A DNA stretch of 64,000 nucleotides, taken from NCBI GenBank assembly GCA_026770705.1, contig JANJGN010000021.1, forward strand, positions 14,942,001-15,006,000, written 5' to 3'. The notes beneath the pieces were generated by a model that did not search any database, was not told where the DNA came from, and saw only the letters and a program-made list of their open reading frames with translations. The DNA comes from Isurus oxyrinchus. Lineage: Eukaryota. The stretch's first letter is position 1, and every line of letters begins with the position of its first letter. This document shows, piece by piece, positions 26,276 through 39,424 of the stretch. The position numbers and the translations under genes are program-made.

Positions 26276-28639
26276 AACGTTGGAGACTGACCTGCCCTGT
26301 CTTCTCTACTCAGCTTTCCTCGAGTCTATCTCTGTTCCATCTATCTCCTTATCTCTCCCTTGCTGGTCGGAGTTACTAGATTCAAATTTGTTTTGATTTA
26401 GAGGTTTATGGGTTAATTCATAATCATCAACCATGATGGCTGCGTCTCTGACTCTTGAAACCCTTTGTTCCTCTATGTGAGTTTTAAGACTGCAGAGGAG
26501 ACAGTTTTTTGAATTCCTCTAGCAACACTATTTCTCTTAACACTTTGTAGTTGCAGTCAGGTTTTAGGGCTCACACCCACTGGCTGTTTAGTTCCCTTAA
26601 ATTCAAGGAAAGTCTGAGTGATCTTTTTATAGGAGTTCTGGATTTATTGGTATGCCTCTGGTACGAGTTCATAGACACTGAGAATAGCAGTCTATGTCTG
26701 ATCATAACTCGCAGAGCTGTCAGCAGGCAGCATGGAATAAACCTCATGGGCAATCCCTGCTGGTCACTCTTGTACTAGGAGTGTCCAAAACTCTATTGAC
26801 CACTGTAACTAGGCTGCCAGTTTCTCAAAGGAAGAAAGTTTCCACATTGTCTTCAAATGTGGGGACAAATTTGGAATATTTTAGGAAATCAAAGTTTGTC
26901 TGTGGGCTACAAGCATTTTAAATTACCACTAGGTAAAGTCAAGTTCTCTGTCGCTGCCTCAATCTGTCTCAGTTCCCTATCTTTCTGTGCCCGTAATTCT
27001 TTCTCAAGCTTTTCTAGTTGGAAAACACACTCTCGCTTTGTCTCCCTCACTCTCTCCTGGGATTTCCTTTCCTTCTCTTTTTCCGGGAATTCTCCACCTT
27101 TTGTCCCTTTCCTTGCCTGAAATTTTAATTGCAGCTTCTGCTGTTTTAAGCAAATTTTGGCTAAGTTAGCCTGACCTGCGTCAGATGCTGCATCTTCTCC
27201 CTGTTCCAAATCTGGAGTGAGGCAGTGATAAAAGTTTACTTTAGCCATATTAAGGACCATTGAAGGACCTCTGGGTGGTTTTGAGTGGACATTTGGGGCA
27301 TGGCAGAGGTATTAAATAATTACTTTGCATCAGTCTTTATTTCTGAAGCTGAACTGCTAATAACGTTGTTTTCCCAAGAACAAAATGGTATTTAACTTAG
27401 ACAAGTGCAGTGTTATGCATGTGGGCAGTACCAACACTAGGTATACAAGAAACCTTACACGGAAAGTAACTGAAACCTGTAGAGAAAGAAAAAAACCTTG
27501 ATGTCACAGGTGTCAACTGTCTAAAGGTTCACGACCAAAAAGCTATAACTAAACCAAACAGGAAATTTGGCTACATTCATTAACTTATTTAATATAAATT
27601 GCTATATGCCATTTTGTCCTGTACAGGACCTTGGTTATAGGCCTCATTTAAAATACTCTATTCAGCTTTTTTACCCTTCTGCATGGTGGGTGATAGAGAG
27701 AGTTTGGAAACAGCTCACAGATTCAATGCGAAAGCACCTTTTCTATCCAAATGGGCTTAAAAAGTTCAGTTTAAATTTGGTGATTTGATTAAGTCTACAA
27801 CATTATGAAGGAACTGGATTATGTTAGCATTGGCAAATTATTTCTATTAGAAATAAAGTTGGGGAGGGCCAAGGTTCATGTTTATACGTTATGAAAGGGC
27901 AGAACTAACAACATGTTTGATTATATGGTGAGTGCTGGTTTGTTGGTTGCCTTCAACAAGAGTGGACTGGTTATTGGGTGGGACAGAGGTCATATCATAT
28001 AGGAGGGAGGTGTCAAGTAGTCATGATTATTGTGGACTCCTGGATAAGTTTTAATCTAGTTCCTAAGTGGATGATGAAGGATTTATTTTGTGCTTCCAGG
28101 AGATTACTTGGCACTTGGTGGGTAGGGACTACATGAATTGTGCATAAGTCACCACAACTGTACATAAGTCACCACAACTGTACAGAACATGCTAGATGGC
28201 CAGAATAATGTTTAGTACTTTCCCAAGGATTATAACTAAATTGCTCTGACAGAAGTTTCTATCATGACCTTTGTTTCAGATAGAGGTGAAAGAACACAGT
28301 GGACCAGTGGTGTGGGTGTAGAGAAGGGTGTTGTGGTTTGGGCAATATTGCAACATGGGTAACCAAAAGCCAAATTAACGTGTTAACACAAGAAAATGTG
28401 CTCTTTGTTGTAGAGAGACATTAATAAAGTCCAGCACAGATAAAAATAAAGTCACGGAAGAAACTAATAAAGTTCAAAAAGAATTGTGGATGAAGGAAAA
28501 AACTCCAAAAAACGAGACGTCAAGAAGAACTTTAAAGAAAGCTTCAGTGCTTTTGATATAAATGTAAGGAAGAAAAATATAATAATTGCTGAAAGAAGCC
28601 GAATACAATATCGTACAGTGGTTTTCACAGGATTCTGAC

Positions 28640-30575
28640 CTAGGGCCTCAACCTTTCACTATATTTATTAATGACTTGCATGAACGAATAGAGAGTTGTA
28701 TGTCCAAGTTTGCTGATGACACTAAATGAGCAGGGACAGTAAGTAGTGCAAATGGGAATAGGAAACTGTAAAGGGACATAGGCAGATTAAGTGACTGGGT
28801 AAAACTATGGCAGGTGAAATTCAAAGGTACAAAAAACAATTGGAAAGGCTAATAGAATGTCAGACTTTATCTCAAGGGGACTGGATTAGAAAGGGAAGCA
28901 AGATATGCTTCAGTTGTATCGAGGTTTGGTCAGACCTCATCTGGTGTACTGCGTTCAGTTTTGGCAAACAAATACATTAACCTTGGAACGGGTGCAGCAC
29001 AGATTCGCCAGCATGATTGCGGGCTTAGAGGGTTAAATTATGAGGCCTGGTTGAAATAACTTGGCTTGCATTCCTTGGAGTGTATAAGACTGAGGGATGA
29101 TCTGCTTGAGATACTTAAAGAGCTGGATTTTCATCTTCGAAGCGGGTGGTGGGAGTCAAAAAAGTGCCTGCAGAGGCAGGGTTTTATTCTAGGGTGTCGG
29201 GTACATTCTGAAATTGGGCACATCAGCCCCCAGAGAGAATTTGGAGGCAGCCACAGGGGTTGCCGAGTGCAGAGGCAGGCTGTGTGAAAGGCCCGCTTGG
29301 TGCTTTGGGACATCACCCCAGTTATAATGAAAACAGTAAAGCCCTCACTCCTCACAACCCCTCAACCCCCACACACTCCCCATGCTGCATCCATGAAAAC
29401 TCATGCCCTATACCCGCCTCCATGGTACCTCATACCACTTTGCCAAACTATGCCCCTTCACCCATCCACTCCATGCAAAAAGAGTCTTGACTGAAAGCCC
29501 AGAGATCCATTGGAGTGTTGAACCAGCTGTGCCCCAGGGAAAACATTGCTTGATTGACAGCTCTGGCTCTCTGATCTATTCTGTCAATTTCACAATGTTT
29601 ATTTCCACAAGGTAAAGAGATTGTAAGCTCTTGCAGTTTCTGCTATTGATACTTTAAAGGGTCTGGATGATTGACACTTCTATTGGCCTGTAGTAAAGGC
29701 GATTGTTATGAACAAATAACTGTTTTAAAGCTTTCTTTTTTAACAAACCCTATTGTCACTGTAGGGTTCATTGGTTTTATACAGAGTGTGTAGTGGGTGA
29801 ATGAGCATGGAAGGTATGAGGGCTCATGGAGGGTGGGTGGAGGAACATAGCTTGGCATGGTGGTACAAGAGGCCATGGGGGGGTGGGTGGAATGGGCATT
29901 GAGTGTCATGGGGACAATGGGTAAGACCTTTTGAACTTATCTTTCAGAAGGTTCCCTTATCCAGACTATGGTTCACAACACTTCTGAACGGCTGTGAACC
30001 ACGACTCTTTGAAAAGCTGGCCTGACTCCATGAGAATTACGGAGGACTAGGACATGCCTATACCCACAATGGAGCCAAGTCAGGAGTGTGGGCTTGTGAC
30101 CTGAACCAGCCCGATCCCTTAAACAGCACTGCTGAAAATCAGAAACCATGGGAATGGGGTTGGGAATCCCAGAGTTGGGCCCTGGCCACCGTTTCCAGCC
30201 CTCCATGGATTCTCTCCCATCTCCATGAAAATCCAGTCCAAAACGTTAAAAAGGACAGAATAGGGTAATTACAGAGAAATGATTTCCTCTGATGGGCCAA
30301 TCATGAACAAGGGGGACATAATCTTTAAAATTAGAGTTCGGCCATTTAGGGGGGAATTTATCACACAAAGGGTAGTAAGATTCTGAGATTCTCTGCTCCA
30401 AAAGGCTCCTGATGCTGGAACTTTCAAGATAGAGATTTATAACTATCTTGAGGTTAAGGTATCGAGGGATATGGAACAAAGCAGGTAGAGTTAAGGTTCA
30501 GATCTGCCAGGGTCTAACTGAATGGCAGAGCAGGTTCAAAGGGTTGAATAGCCTTCTCCTGTTCCTATGTTCCTA
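28640..30575 (+). mobile_element. CR1 LINE fragment split by a Harbinger-type MITE
   Basis: KFADDTK near 28706; TGTTCCTATGTTCC tail at ~30560-30575. Confidence 0.8.
29120..30239. mobile_element. Non-autonomous PIF/Harbinger-type element (MITE)
   Basis: TIRs GAGCTGGATTTTCAT (29120-29134) / ATGAAAATCCAGTCC (30225-30239); AAA on both flanks; interrupts CR1. Confidence 0.75.
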
Positions 30576-30629
30576 GATATAATTGGGAGTTAAGATCAAA
30601 ACTAAACAATGTGTTATAGTCGGTGCTTA

Positions 30630-31015
30630 GGGAGACAGTGGCGTAGTGGTAATGTAGATTAGTAATCGATGAAGCTCAGGTTAATTGTGTAGGACATGGG
30701 TTCAAATCTCATCACAGCAGCCGATGGAATTTAAATTCAATTTATTAAATCTGGAATTGAAAGCTAATCAATAACAACGGTGGCCATGAAGCCACCATTG
30801 ATTGTTGTTAAAAACCCTTCTGGTTCACTAATGCCCCTTAGGGTTAAGAAATCTGCCATCCCCTGGTCTGGCCTACATGCAACTCCAGTTCACAGCAATG
30901 TGGTTGACTTTTAACTGCCCTCTGCAATGGTATGGCAAGCCACAAGGCTCAAGGGGAATTAGGCATTGGCTACGAATGCTGGTCTTGTTAGTGATGCCCA
31001 CATCCCATGAAAGAG
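30630..31015 (+). mobile_element. tRNA-derived SINE with a 3' tail shared with family-B LINE
   Basis: A-box TGGCGTAGTGG, B-box GGTTCAAATC; ends GATGCCCACATCCCATGAA, like the LINE end at ~34490-34510. Confidence 0.8.
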
Positions 31016-31029
31016 AAGAAAAGCTGTGA

Positions 31030-31465
31030 TTCAGTGTGTGACAGTTTAACCTCTTAGTCAGAAGGTTATGAGTTCTGGTCCCCTCTGGAGACTTGCACAA
31101 CACTGGTATACTGAGGAATGGCTACAGTGTCAGGTACCGCCTTTGGATGAAGCATTAAGCCAAGAATCTGTCTGCTTTTTCAGGTGCAAACAATCCAATG
31201 GTATCATTTTGTAGAAGAGCAGCGCCGGTGAGAGGCCGTTATCCCCGGTGTCCTAGGCAGTATTTACACCTTAATCAGCACCACTAAAATAGATTACCTG
31301 GCAATTATCACATTGCTGCATTTGGGATCTTGCTGTGCGCAAACTGACTGCTGAGTTTCCTCCTTTTCAACAGTGACTATACTTCAAAAGTACTTCATTT
31401 GCTGTAAAGTGCTTTGGGACATCCTGAGGTTGTGAAAAGTGCCAAATAAATGCAAGCCTTTCTTT
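31030..31465 (+). mobile_element. Deu-domain SINE (SacSINE1/AmnSINE1-like)
   Basis: tRNA-like head, core ...GAAGAGCAG...TTATCCCCGGTGTCCTAGGCAGTATTTA..., L2-like tail GCTTTGGGACATCCTGAGGTTGTGAAA...ATAAATGCAAG; family assignment is from memory of the consensus. Confidence 0.65.
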
Positions 31466-33529
31466 GAGTAATAGAAAAGAAGTTTGTCACACATTAAAAC
31501 CAGATCAAAGGTTTATCTCAATAAGAAGTGGCAGAAGCTCAGAAAAGCCAAAGGTATTGAACAAGGAATAGGCTTGAAAGGCCACATCAAAATTTCAATG
31601 ATTTAAATTGATAATTATGCTGCAACATTGCTTCTAAAACAAAAGTTGACTCTTGCAAGTCAAAGAACCCAATCTGTGCACTGTCCTAAGATATAAATTC
31701 CTGCACTCCAGAAAGTGCTGTTTTGAAGGAAATCTTAACAGAAACTTAGATGTGGCTGTAAAAGAAACTTCATTCACCTAGAAAGATGGTGGGTGGTTTA
31801 TGAAAAACAGGCACTAAAATCATTAACTCCCAAGTACATTAATCTCAAATGTGCCAAACAAAACAACAGGAGTTCAGGCACTTTCAGCAAGAACAACGTG
31901 GAATGAGATGAACTATAATGGGGTAAGATGCAGAGGAAGTAACAACGTTAATGAGGTACTGCTGTTTGATTTTTAACTGCAGTTAAATCTTTGGGAACAA
32001 AAAGGAACCGACCACAAAATGTCCATCGTTTTTTTTTTAAATAATGAAAGAGGAAACCTGGAAACAAAACACAAACTCTGCTGCAACTAGCAGTAAAATA
32101 TGCAGCTAAGAAAGTACACAGCTGTATGAAGCATATGGGTTAAATTTCCGCAGCTTGACATCAACCTTCAATTCTTGAAGCTGGTCCCACAATATCACCT
32201 TGTGCAGCCTACCCTCAAATTTCCCCATGTTTTTCAACATTACTCTCTGGTTCAGTACAATCATGCATTAAAGTGTTCACTTTAACCTGTTTGAAAACAA
32301 ATTTTCAATCCTTTCAACAGGTCTTGTGACATCCCTGCTTAAAAAAGCAGCCAGGACAGCCCCAGTCTAAGGATTGCCTGATAGGAATAGCACCAGGGAA
32401 GAGGAATTTCAGCTGGATTGATGGAGGGGAAAGGAGGGGAAGAGGTGGAAGGGGGCAGGATAGTCAGAAAATGGCAAAACCTGAAGATTCACAGGGTTGA
32501 ATGTCGAACAAATTGTGTGAATGTGGAGGGCAGCTGGTGATGGGGGATAATGGGGATGACAGTGGATGGGGGCAGGGGTAATTGACCACTTCATATTGTG
32601 ACAGTATGTTAGGACCTTGCCATTCTACCCTGGCTTGTGGGCTAGCAGCACCTAGTAGGCCCAAAAGAACAAACATCTGTCAAGAGCAGATGAAGGTTTG
32701 GCTGTGAGCCTAAAGCAGTACCTTAAGTTGAAAAGTCAAATAACTATCAATTCCAAAAGAATGGATTATTGCTGTTACAAGGGTACTTCATTATTGGAGG
32801 GCAGACAGCAAACTTGCTCCTTTTGATTTTGAAGTCACTGCTTCCTCCTGTCCCCAGAATAGTGTCCTTCAACTACAAATTCCTGCGACTTCATATATCA
32901 ATAGAATTTAGACTACACCAAACCTCATGTTTTGGGATATTATTATTTAGCAACAACTTCTGAATGTGGCATGCTGAGATAAGTAATCATTTTTAACGTT
33001 TGTCTAAAATGTTTAAAGTTGAGATCTATTTTGTAACTGTGGGAATAGAGGCAGGTCATTATGTGTGAGAGGCACTATATAAATGCAAGCAGTTATAATT
33101 TATGAATACTAGAATTATCAGCTACACTAGCCACAAGCTAAAATTAGCTGGAGGAATAATGAATGAATAGACTGCCATCTAGTGCAATAAATAATTGGTT
33201 GGAGTAAGCATTTATAAATGGATTAGATCAATTTCTGATTAATCAAGGAGTAAAATTGGACAAGGAACAAAGACTGAAAGACAGTCGGATATATGACTTG
33301 TTCTGAAACATGACCTGGTTCATAGAGTAAATTGGATGACCTGAACCACCTTTCCCTGTGCACCTCCACACAGGGACTGTCTGGGAAATGACCAAGCTAT
33401 CAAAACCACATTTCCACAGATCATGTTGATTTTTACCATGTTAATAACCCTAACCTAACATAATATATTCTGACAATGTTATTTTCTGGTATTCAACTGT
33501 TGATTATCGTTTGCTAAACTTGACTACAT

Positions 33530-34525
33530 CTGACATCAAGGCTGCATTTGACCGAGTGTGGCATCAAGTAGCCCTGACAAAATTGGAGTCAATGGGAATC
33601 ATGGGGAAAATACTCCACTGGTTGAAGCCACACCTAGCACAAAAGAATATAGTTGTGATTGTTTGAGGCCAATCATCTCAGCCCCTCCACATCACTGATG
33701 GCTAGTGTCCTAGGCCCAACCATCTTCAGCTGCTTCAACAATGACCTTCCCTCCAACATAAGGTCAGAGCGAGGATGTTGCTGATGATTGGACAGTGATC
33801 AATTTCAGTTGCGACTCCTCAAATAATAAGACAGTCCTTAACCACATGCTGCAAGACCAAGGAACCATTCAGATTTGAGCTGATAAGTAGCAATCAACAT
33901 ACATGCCATGCAAGTGCCAGGCAATGACCATTTCCAACAAGAGAGAATCTAACCATCTCCCCTTGACATTAAATGACACATTGCTGAATTTCCCACCATC
34001 AACATGCTGGGGATTACAATTGACTGGAAACATAACTCTCCAATGCCCAGATGAGTGTAGCTCCAACAACACTCAAGAAGCTTGACACCAGCCAGGACAA
34101 AGCATCCCATCCACGCTTTAAACATTCACTCCATCCAACACCGACTCACAGTGGCAGCAGTACACACCATTTACAAGATGCACTGCGGCAACTCGCTAAG
34201 GCTTCTTTGACAGCAATGTCCAAACCTGTGACCTCTACCACCTAGAAAGTTAAAGGCAGCTAGTGCATGGGAACACCACTGTTGCAAGTTCCCCTCCAAA
34301 TCACACACCATCCTGACTTGGAACCAAACTGCCGTTCCTTCATTGTCACTGGGTCAAAATCCTGGGACTCCCTCCCTAACAGCACTATGAGTGTACCAAC
34401 ACCACACAAACTGCAGTGGTTCAAGAAGGTGGCTCACCACCACCTTTCCAAGGGTAATTAGGGATGGGCAATAAATGCCAGCCTAACCAGTGATGTCCAC
34501 ATCCCATAAATGAATTTTTAAAAAA
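33530..34525 (+). mobile_element. Family-B LINE (CR1/L2 group) 3' fragment
   Basis: DIKAAFDRVWH, VLGPTIFSCF, ADD RT motifs; same family as 56885-57965. Confidence 0.85.
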
Positions 34526-34769
34526 TCATAATCATTGTTCCTCCAGCATGCACAAAATATAGAGAGCAATAACTCAAAGTAATATAGAATGCAACAGTTG
34601 TCAGTGTTGGCCTGATTAAAAGCTCTGCAAAACATAGAAAAACCACTCCATAAATTACTAAAACTATGTATAGAGTAAGTATTTGAAATTTGAATCTAAT
34701 TTGAAATTCAATTGATGGTTATAAATAAGTTGATCTTGGTTCTGATAGCCAACGACAACATCTTAGTTT

Positions 34770-35506
34770 GAGCATTGCTGAAAAATAAAGAGACATGTCT
34801 AAGCTTTTCATCTTACACTCATCAGGATACTCGCAAGAATACCAAATTAAGGGGGGAAAACAACAGTTTATCCTGTGTGCAAAGAGAGTGCTGATTGGTT
34901 GCCAGGTGGTGTTGCCATGGAAAATGCACCGCTGATGGTGACTGACAGTTAACTGCCAAGCATTGTTTGAAATTTAAACCAGGCATCTTGACCCTGATTG
35001 ATCAAAGCATTGCCCTGAGGAATGAGTCAGCAAATGGCCGTCACTTATTTTGTTTAGCTGAAACAGGCGAAATGAATGTACATGTTCTTTCTGTCTGCAT
35101 ATAACAGGACCCCGTGTATTAATATATGTAGTTTTCAGTGCACACAAATGTGCCACATTGCGAGCCTGACTGACAACCTTAAATTGGTTGTCAGCGTAAT
35201 TTTTAGCACTTTGAGAATTATTTAGCAAATGTCGTCTAATCACGGAATCACATTTAATGTTGGACACAGTTTTGAGTTTTGCAGGCACGGGCTGGTTAGA
35301 TACAGTCTGTACCCTGCTCATTGTGAACAGCGGCTGGGACATGCTGTTTGATACCACCAGCCTTTGGGACATACGGCCTACATACCTAGCATCACACTGG
35401 CACTGAAATTCATAACCACATTACTCATTTGTGTGATAGGAATAACACCTTTTTGGCTTGGCGGCAGAATCCTGTCCGTGGTGAATACCACTCGTGTTGC
35501 TACTGC
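34770..35506 (-). mobile_element. Naiad-type PLE 3' fragment (GIY-YIG with CxC)
   Basis: SNVV/YEFQCQCDARYVGR across a 1-nt frameshift, then HLLNN...FKVV...YINTRGPVICRQK (ORF 34974-35372); terminal hammerhead. Confidence 0.8.
34796..34829 (-). ncRNA. Minimal hammerhead ribozyme motif (Naiad-type PLE)
   Basis: UAUC-CUGAUGA-GUGUAAGAU-GAAA-AGCU-UA-GACA; canonical core, palindromic AAGCUU in place of stem III. Confidence 0.7.
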
Positions 35507-35651
35507 ACATTTTATATGTTCAATTCCCTGATGAAGGAAATTATCAGCGCAGGTACAGAAATATCCTCTTGTACAATGATTCTGATGCAATATCTTACTT
35601 GGCCATGAATAAGAAGATGTTGGAAGGTTCAACAATTGGCATTTTTACAGC

Positions 35652-35992
35652 TCACTGAATCCCATTTTTACTGTTTATCTCCTTAATAAAAGTTCTTATT
35701 GCAACATGATGAAACCTCCTCGTTCTTCCATATAGTTTCTGTCTTTGATAGTTTATCAGTCTCGATTCTGCAATGGCTTCATTTATATCATATTTCGTTG
35801 CTTCTATAGCAGTTTGATTTTTTACTTCTTCTTCTGTGTTTTTTAAAACTCTTGTATGCTATTAAACTATTTTTAACACACATTCTCTCCCATAATCAGC
35901 ACATTCATCCTCAGCAAGTGTCCATAGTTTCTAAACCATAAACTTACACAATAAACATCCCTCATAAACTTATCAGTATCTTCATTTTTCAT
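35652..35992 (-). CDS. Hypothetical two-exon 83-aa ORF (35948-35992 + 35652-35858); may be the tail of a larger gene or pseudogene
   Basis: TGTCTCCAG|ATG...TGT|GTAAGT, 89-nt intron, TAG|CAT; spliced frame MKNEDTDKFMRDVYC-HTRVLKNTEEEVKNQ...EINSKNGIQ*; the second acceptor is weak. Confidence 0.3.
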
Positions 35993-38184
35993 CTGGAGAC
36001 AACAAATGTATTCCCTGCAGCTTAATATAAAAGTAACACACATGGTATATTACACTGACTTTGTAAATTGTTTTTAAATAATTGGTTCAACTATTCTCTA
36101 TTCTCATCATGAAACATGCTATATTAACCGCTGGCACGTTGCAGTAGCTTACCAGACTGCTTTATTCCATCAGACCCATATCACTTGGTTGATCACCATT
36201 TTTGATGAGTCGGCATGATATTTGGATTTCAAAATCTGTCTCACAGCATACAGTTTCCGTCAGACTGAAACTTCACTGGCTGCTAAAACTGGCAAGGATG
36301 AAGAGTTTAAGATACAGTTCACTTGTATGAGCTCTGAAGTGACAAATAATTGTTTCAGCATATCTTATCTTCAGGAGTTTTGTCTAACAAACATGCAGAA
36401 TTGCTGAAATGACAGTGGATTTGTTTAAATGACAGTTAAAGACGTATGGCTCTTAAATAAAACACACCAACAGCTTCAAGCATAGGTGCCAGCTCTTTGA
36501 ACGATTTGTCACCTGTCGTACCACATCACAAAGTGCTAAAAACTACAAACCGTTAGTGACTCACTAATACCTCTTTCAGTTACTGACATTTGTAAAATGA
36601 GAGTTAGCAAAGAGGCTGCTTGGAAACTGAATGATAGTAGTTTGAGAGCTGAGACATATTTCACCATCTGACAATGCTGCATTGAGGAAAGTTGATAAAA
36701 TGCGGGTGGTATTGGGGCCAGCATGCTTGTTTTGAAGAATACCAGTGAGAAGAGGAGGATATGAATAAAAAGTGTTGCAACAAAATTGGCCATGACCTTG
36801 TTTGACACTGCAAGGAGAAACCCAAAATAGATTAATGAACATTAGCAAAAACCAAGAAAAGAAAAGTCAAGTTTTTATTTGTTAAAGCCTCTTTAAGGTC
36901 AATAGTAACAAATTTTGAAGAATTCTGTAGTCAAACTGGAAAGTAAGTTACTTACTCCAGGTCCATCCTTGAGAAAGTGAATTTAATAAAGAGGAAGATT
37001 TTGAAGCATCGCCACGTGTGTTACAATGATAGAAATGTGCTTCCACTCAAGAGCTGGTGTAAAGGGCATCCACACCAGCAAAGAGGAGAGAGAGTCCTAC
37101 ACGTGCAGAGGGTAGAGAACATGTACTGTTAACAGCAGGTAAGTGCTCCACGATATAATCAGCAATGCATACGTACTCAGCTACCATGTACAATCAGGAG
37201 AAGCATCCATGGTGAATATTAATATTTAAGACTGAGATAGATGGATTCGTCTCTCAGGGAATGAAGGGATATGTGGAGCAGACAGGAAAGTGGATTTGAG
37301 GCAGAAGATCATCCATGGTCTTGTTGAAAGACAAAGCAGACTTAAGGGGTCTACTGTTTTTATGGGTCTTTGACCAACTCCCACAACTGAAGCTTTTTCC
37401 TCCCCAGTGTCCTTCTTCCTCAATATCATTAGAATTGAATGTGCATCTTCTCAGTTCCTGCTGCAAGTGGGATGATAGTGATTGGTGCCCATTTGGTCTA
37501 CCTGGCTGCTAGATACAATATCCATAAAAATATCACCATATGGGTATTTCATTGGCATTTGACACTGTTATTTGCTTTAGTAGATCAACCGTGTGAACAC
37601 ATTTGTACAATATATTACTATGCACCTGTGCATTATCAATTGTGAATGGACACATTTATACACAATATCCAGTCCAAACCCTATTATAGTGAACGACACA
37701 TTAGAAAATCGGTGCATTTGTTTTCCGATGGTGGCCCCCAAAAACATATACCAAAGAAATTCAATTGTTTCATCTTTGTTTGAAACTTGTGGCACGGATT
37801 AATTAATTAGAATTCTTTAATTTTAGTTTTGACTAACCACCAGTAAACATGACAGCAAGTGATGACTAAATCTTTATTGAATGCATTGTGATATGAAGTG
37901 GTTTTGCTGGGGAAGTTGCCTTCCCATTTGTGCTGATTGTGTGGATCAATTCCTGAACAGAAAAATAACTCCACGGAACATTTCTTGCATCTTTTGTAAT
38001 GAGATCCCACTAATTACTATGTTTTAGGTCCGCAATGAATGTCTAGCTAGCCCTCATAAAAACTGAATTTCATGAAAGCTAAACTTCTAAATAAATATAA
38101 GTTTCTCTCTGTGCAGGAACACTAATTATCCACACTTTCGTTATTCTCTTGTAAGATCCTGTTTCATGACAGTGAGAACTTATT

Positions 38185-38930
38185 TGGCAGGAAGAATAAA
38201 AAAAAGCAGTATGCTATTTAAATGTAGAGAGATTGCAGAACTCAGAGGTACAGAGGGATCTGGGTGTCCTGGTACATGAAGCACAAAAAGTTACTATGCA
38301 GGTACAGCAAGTGATTAGGAAAGCAAATAAAATGTTGGCCTTTATTGCAAGGGGAATTGAATATAAAAGTAGGGAAGGTTTACTGCAGCTGTACAGGGCC
38401 TTGGTGAGACTACATCTGGAATACTGTGTATCGTTTTGGTCTCTTTATTTGAAAAAGGATATCATTGCATCAGAAGCAGTTCAGAGAAGTTTCACTCGAC
38501 TAATTCCTGGGATGAAGGGCTTATCTTATGAAGAAAGGTTGAGTAGGTTGAACAGGTTGGGGCTAAACCCATTGGAGTTTAGAAGAAATAGAGGTGATCT
38601 TACTGAAACACATAAGATTCTAAGGGGATTTTATAGGGTGGATGCCAGGAGAATGTTTTCTTTTGTGAGAGAGACTATCTAGGGACACAATTTAAGAATA
38701 AGAGGCCTCCCTTTTAAGATGGAGATGAGGAGAAATGTTTTCTTTCCTCCACAGAACAATAGAAGTTGGTTCATTAAATTTATTCAAGGCTGAGTTAGAT
38801 AGGTTTTTGATAGGCAAGAAAGTCAGTATTGGGCGCAGATGGGAAAGTGGAGTTGAGACCACAACTGTATTGACCATGATCTTATAGAACGGTCTCCTCC
38901 TGCTCCTAAGTCCTACGTTCTTATGTTCTC
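38185..38930 (+). mobile_element. CR1 LINE 3' fragment
   Basis: ORF 38233-38682 (LYRALVRLHLEYCVSFWS); TTCTTATGTTCT tail. Confidence 0.92.
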
Positions 38931-39139
38931 ACAGTTTGCAAATCCGATTTTATTTTAATATTTTCAAGAAGTCAAATAAAGAATAAAACGTATTTAGTAA
39001 ATTGCTTTGAAGAATGCAGGAAGCTGCTCAACAGTGAACGGGGATCTGAAATCAGTGACTTGTAGCTTAACAAGACAATGGCATCAGCAAAAACATTCTG
39101 CTCTCTTGTGGGGAAGAGCCAAACAGGAGGTCATCAATA

Positions 39140-39420
39140 AAAGATAGTCACCAAGGAATCAAATAGGGAATTCAGGAGAAACTTTTTCACTCAGAGAGTG
39201 GTGAGAATGTGGAACTCATGCCACCAGAAGTGGTTAAGGTGAATAGTATAGGCGCATTGAAAGGGAGGATGGGTGGGCCTATGAGGGAGAAGGGCATAGA
39301 GGGTTATGTTGATTGGTTGGAAGAGGAAAGATGGGAGGAGGTTTGAGTGGAGGATAAATGGGGGCATGGACTGGTTGGGCCAAATGGCTTATTTCTGTGG
39401 TATATATTCCATGTAATTTC
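39140..39420 (+). mobile_element. CR1 LINE 3' end fragment
   Basis: FFTQRVVRMWN-like end; ATGTAATT repeats. Confidence 0.7.
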
Positions 39421-39424
39421 ATGT

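Larger units (their letters stand above)
22790..27300 (-). mobile_element. Decayed Gypsy-like LTR retroelement remnant (gag + aspartic protease), interrupted by CR1 copies
   Basis: Coiled-coil gag N-terminus (ORF 26907-27260); SCAN-like gag piece (LEEFK...KTHIEEQ...DDYEL, ~26410-26530); protease-like IFRDTDCLQSL (~24550-24585) and FFGNDL (~24385-24405); LTR-like segment with a minus-strand AATAAA at ~22790-23270. Confidence 0.6.

Noticed and set aside
28143-28184. 20-bp tandem duplication CATAAGTCACCACAACTGTA
   Set aside because: Simple local slippage duplication with no inserted sequence
28270-28630. Lys-rich + strand exon-like segments
   Set aside because: Better explained as a decayed LINE ORF2 piece adjoining the CR1 fragment; frames contain stops
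30630-30715. tRNA gene
   Set aside because: A/B boxes are present but there is no cloverleaf; it is a SINE head with a second copy near 62470-62553
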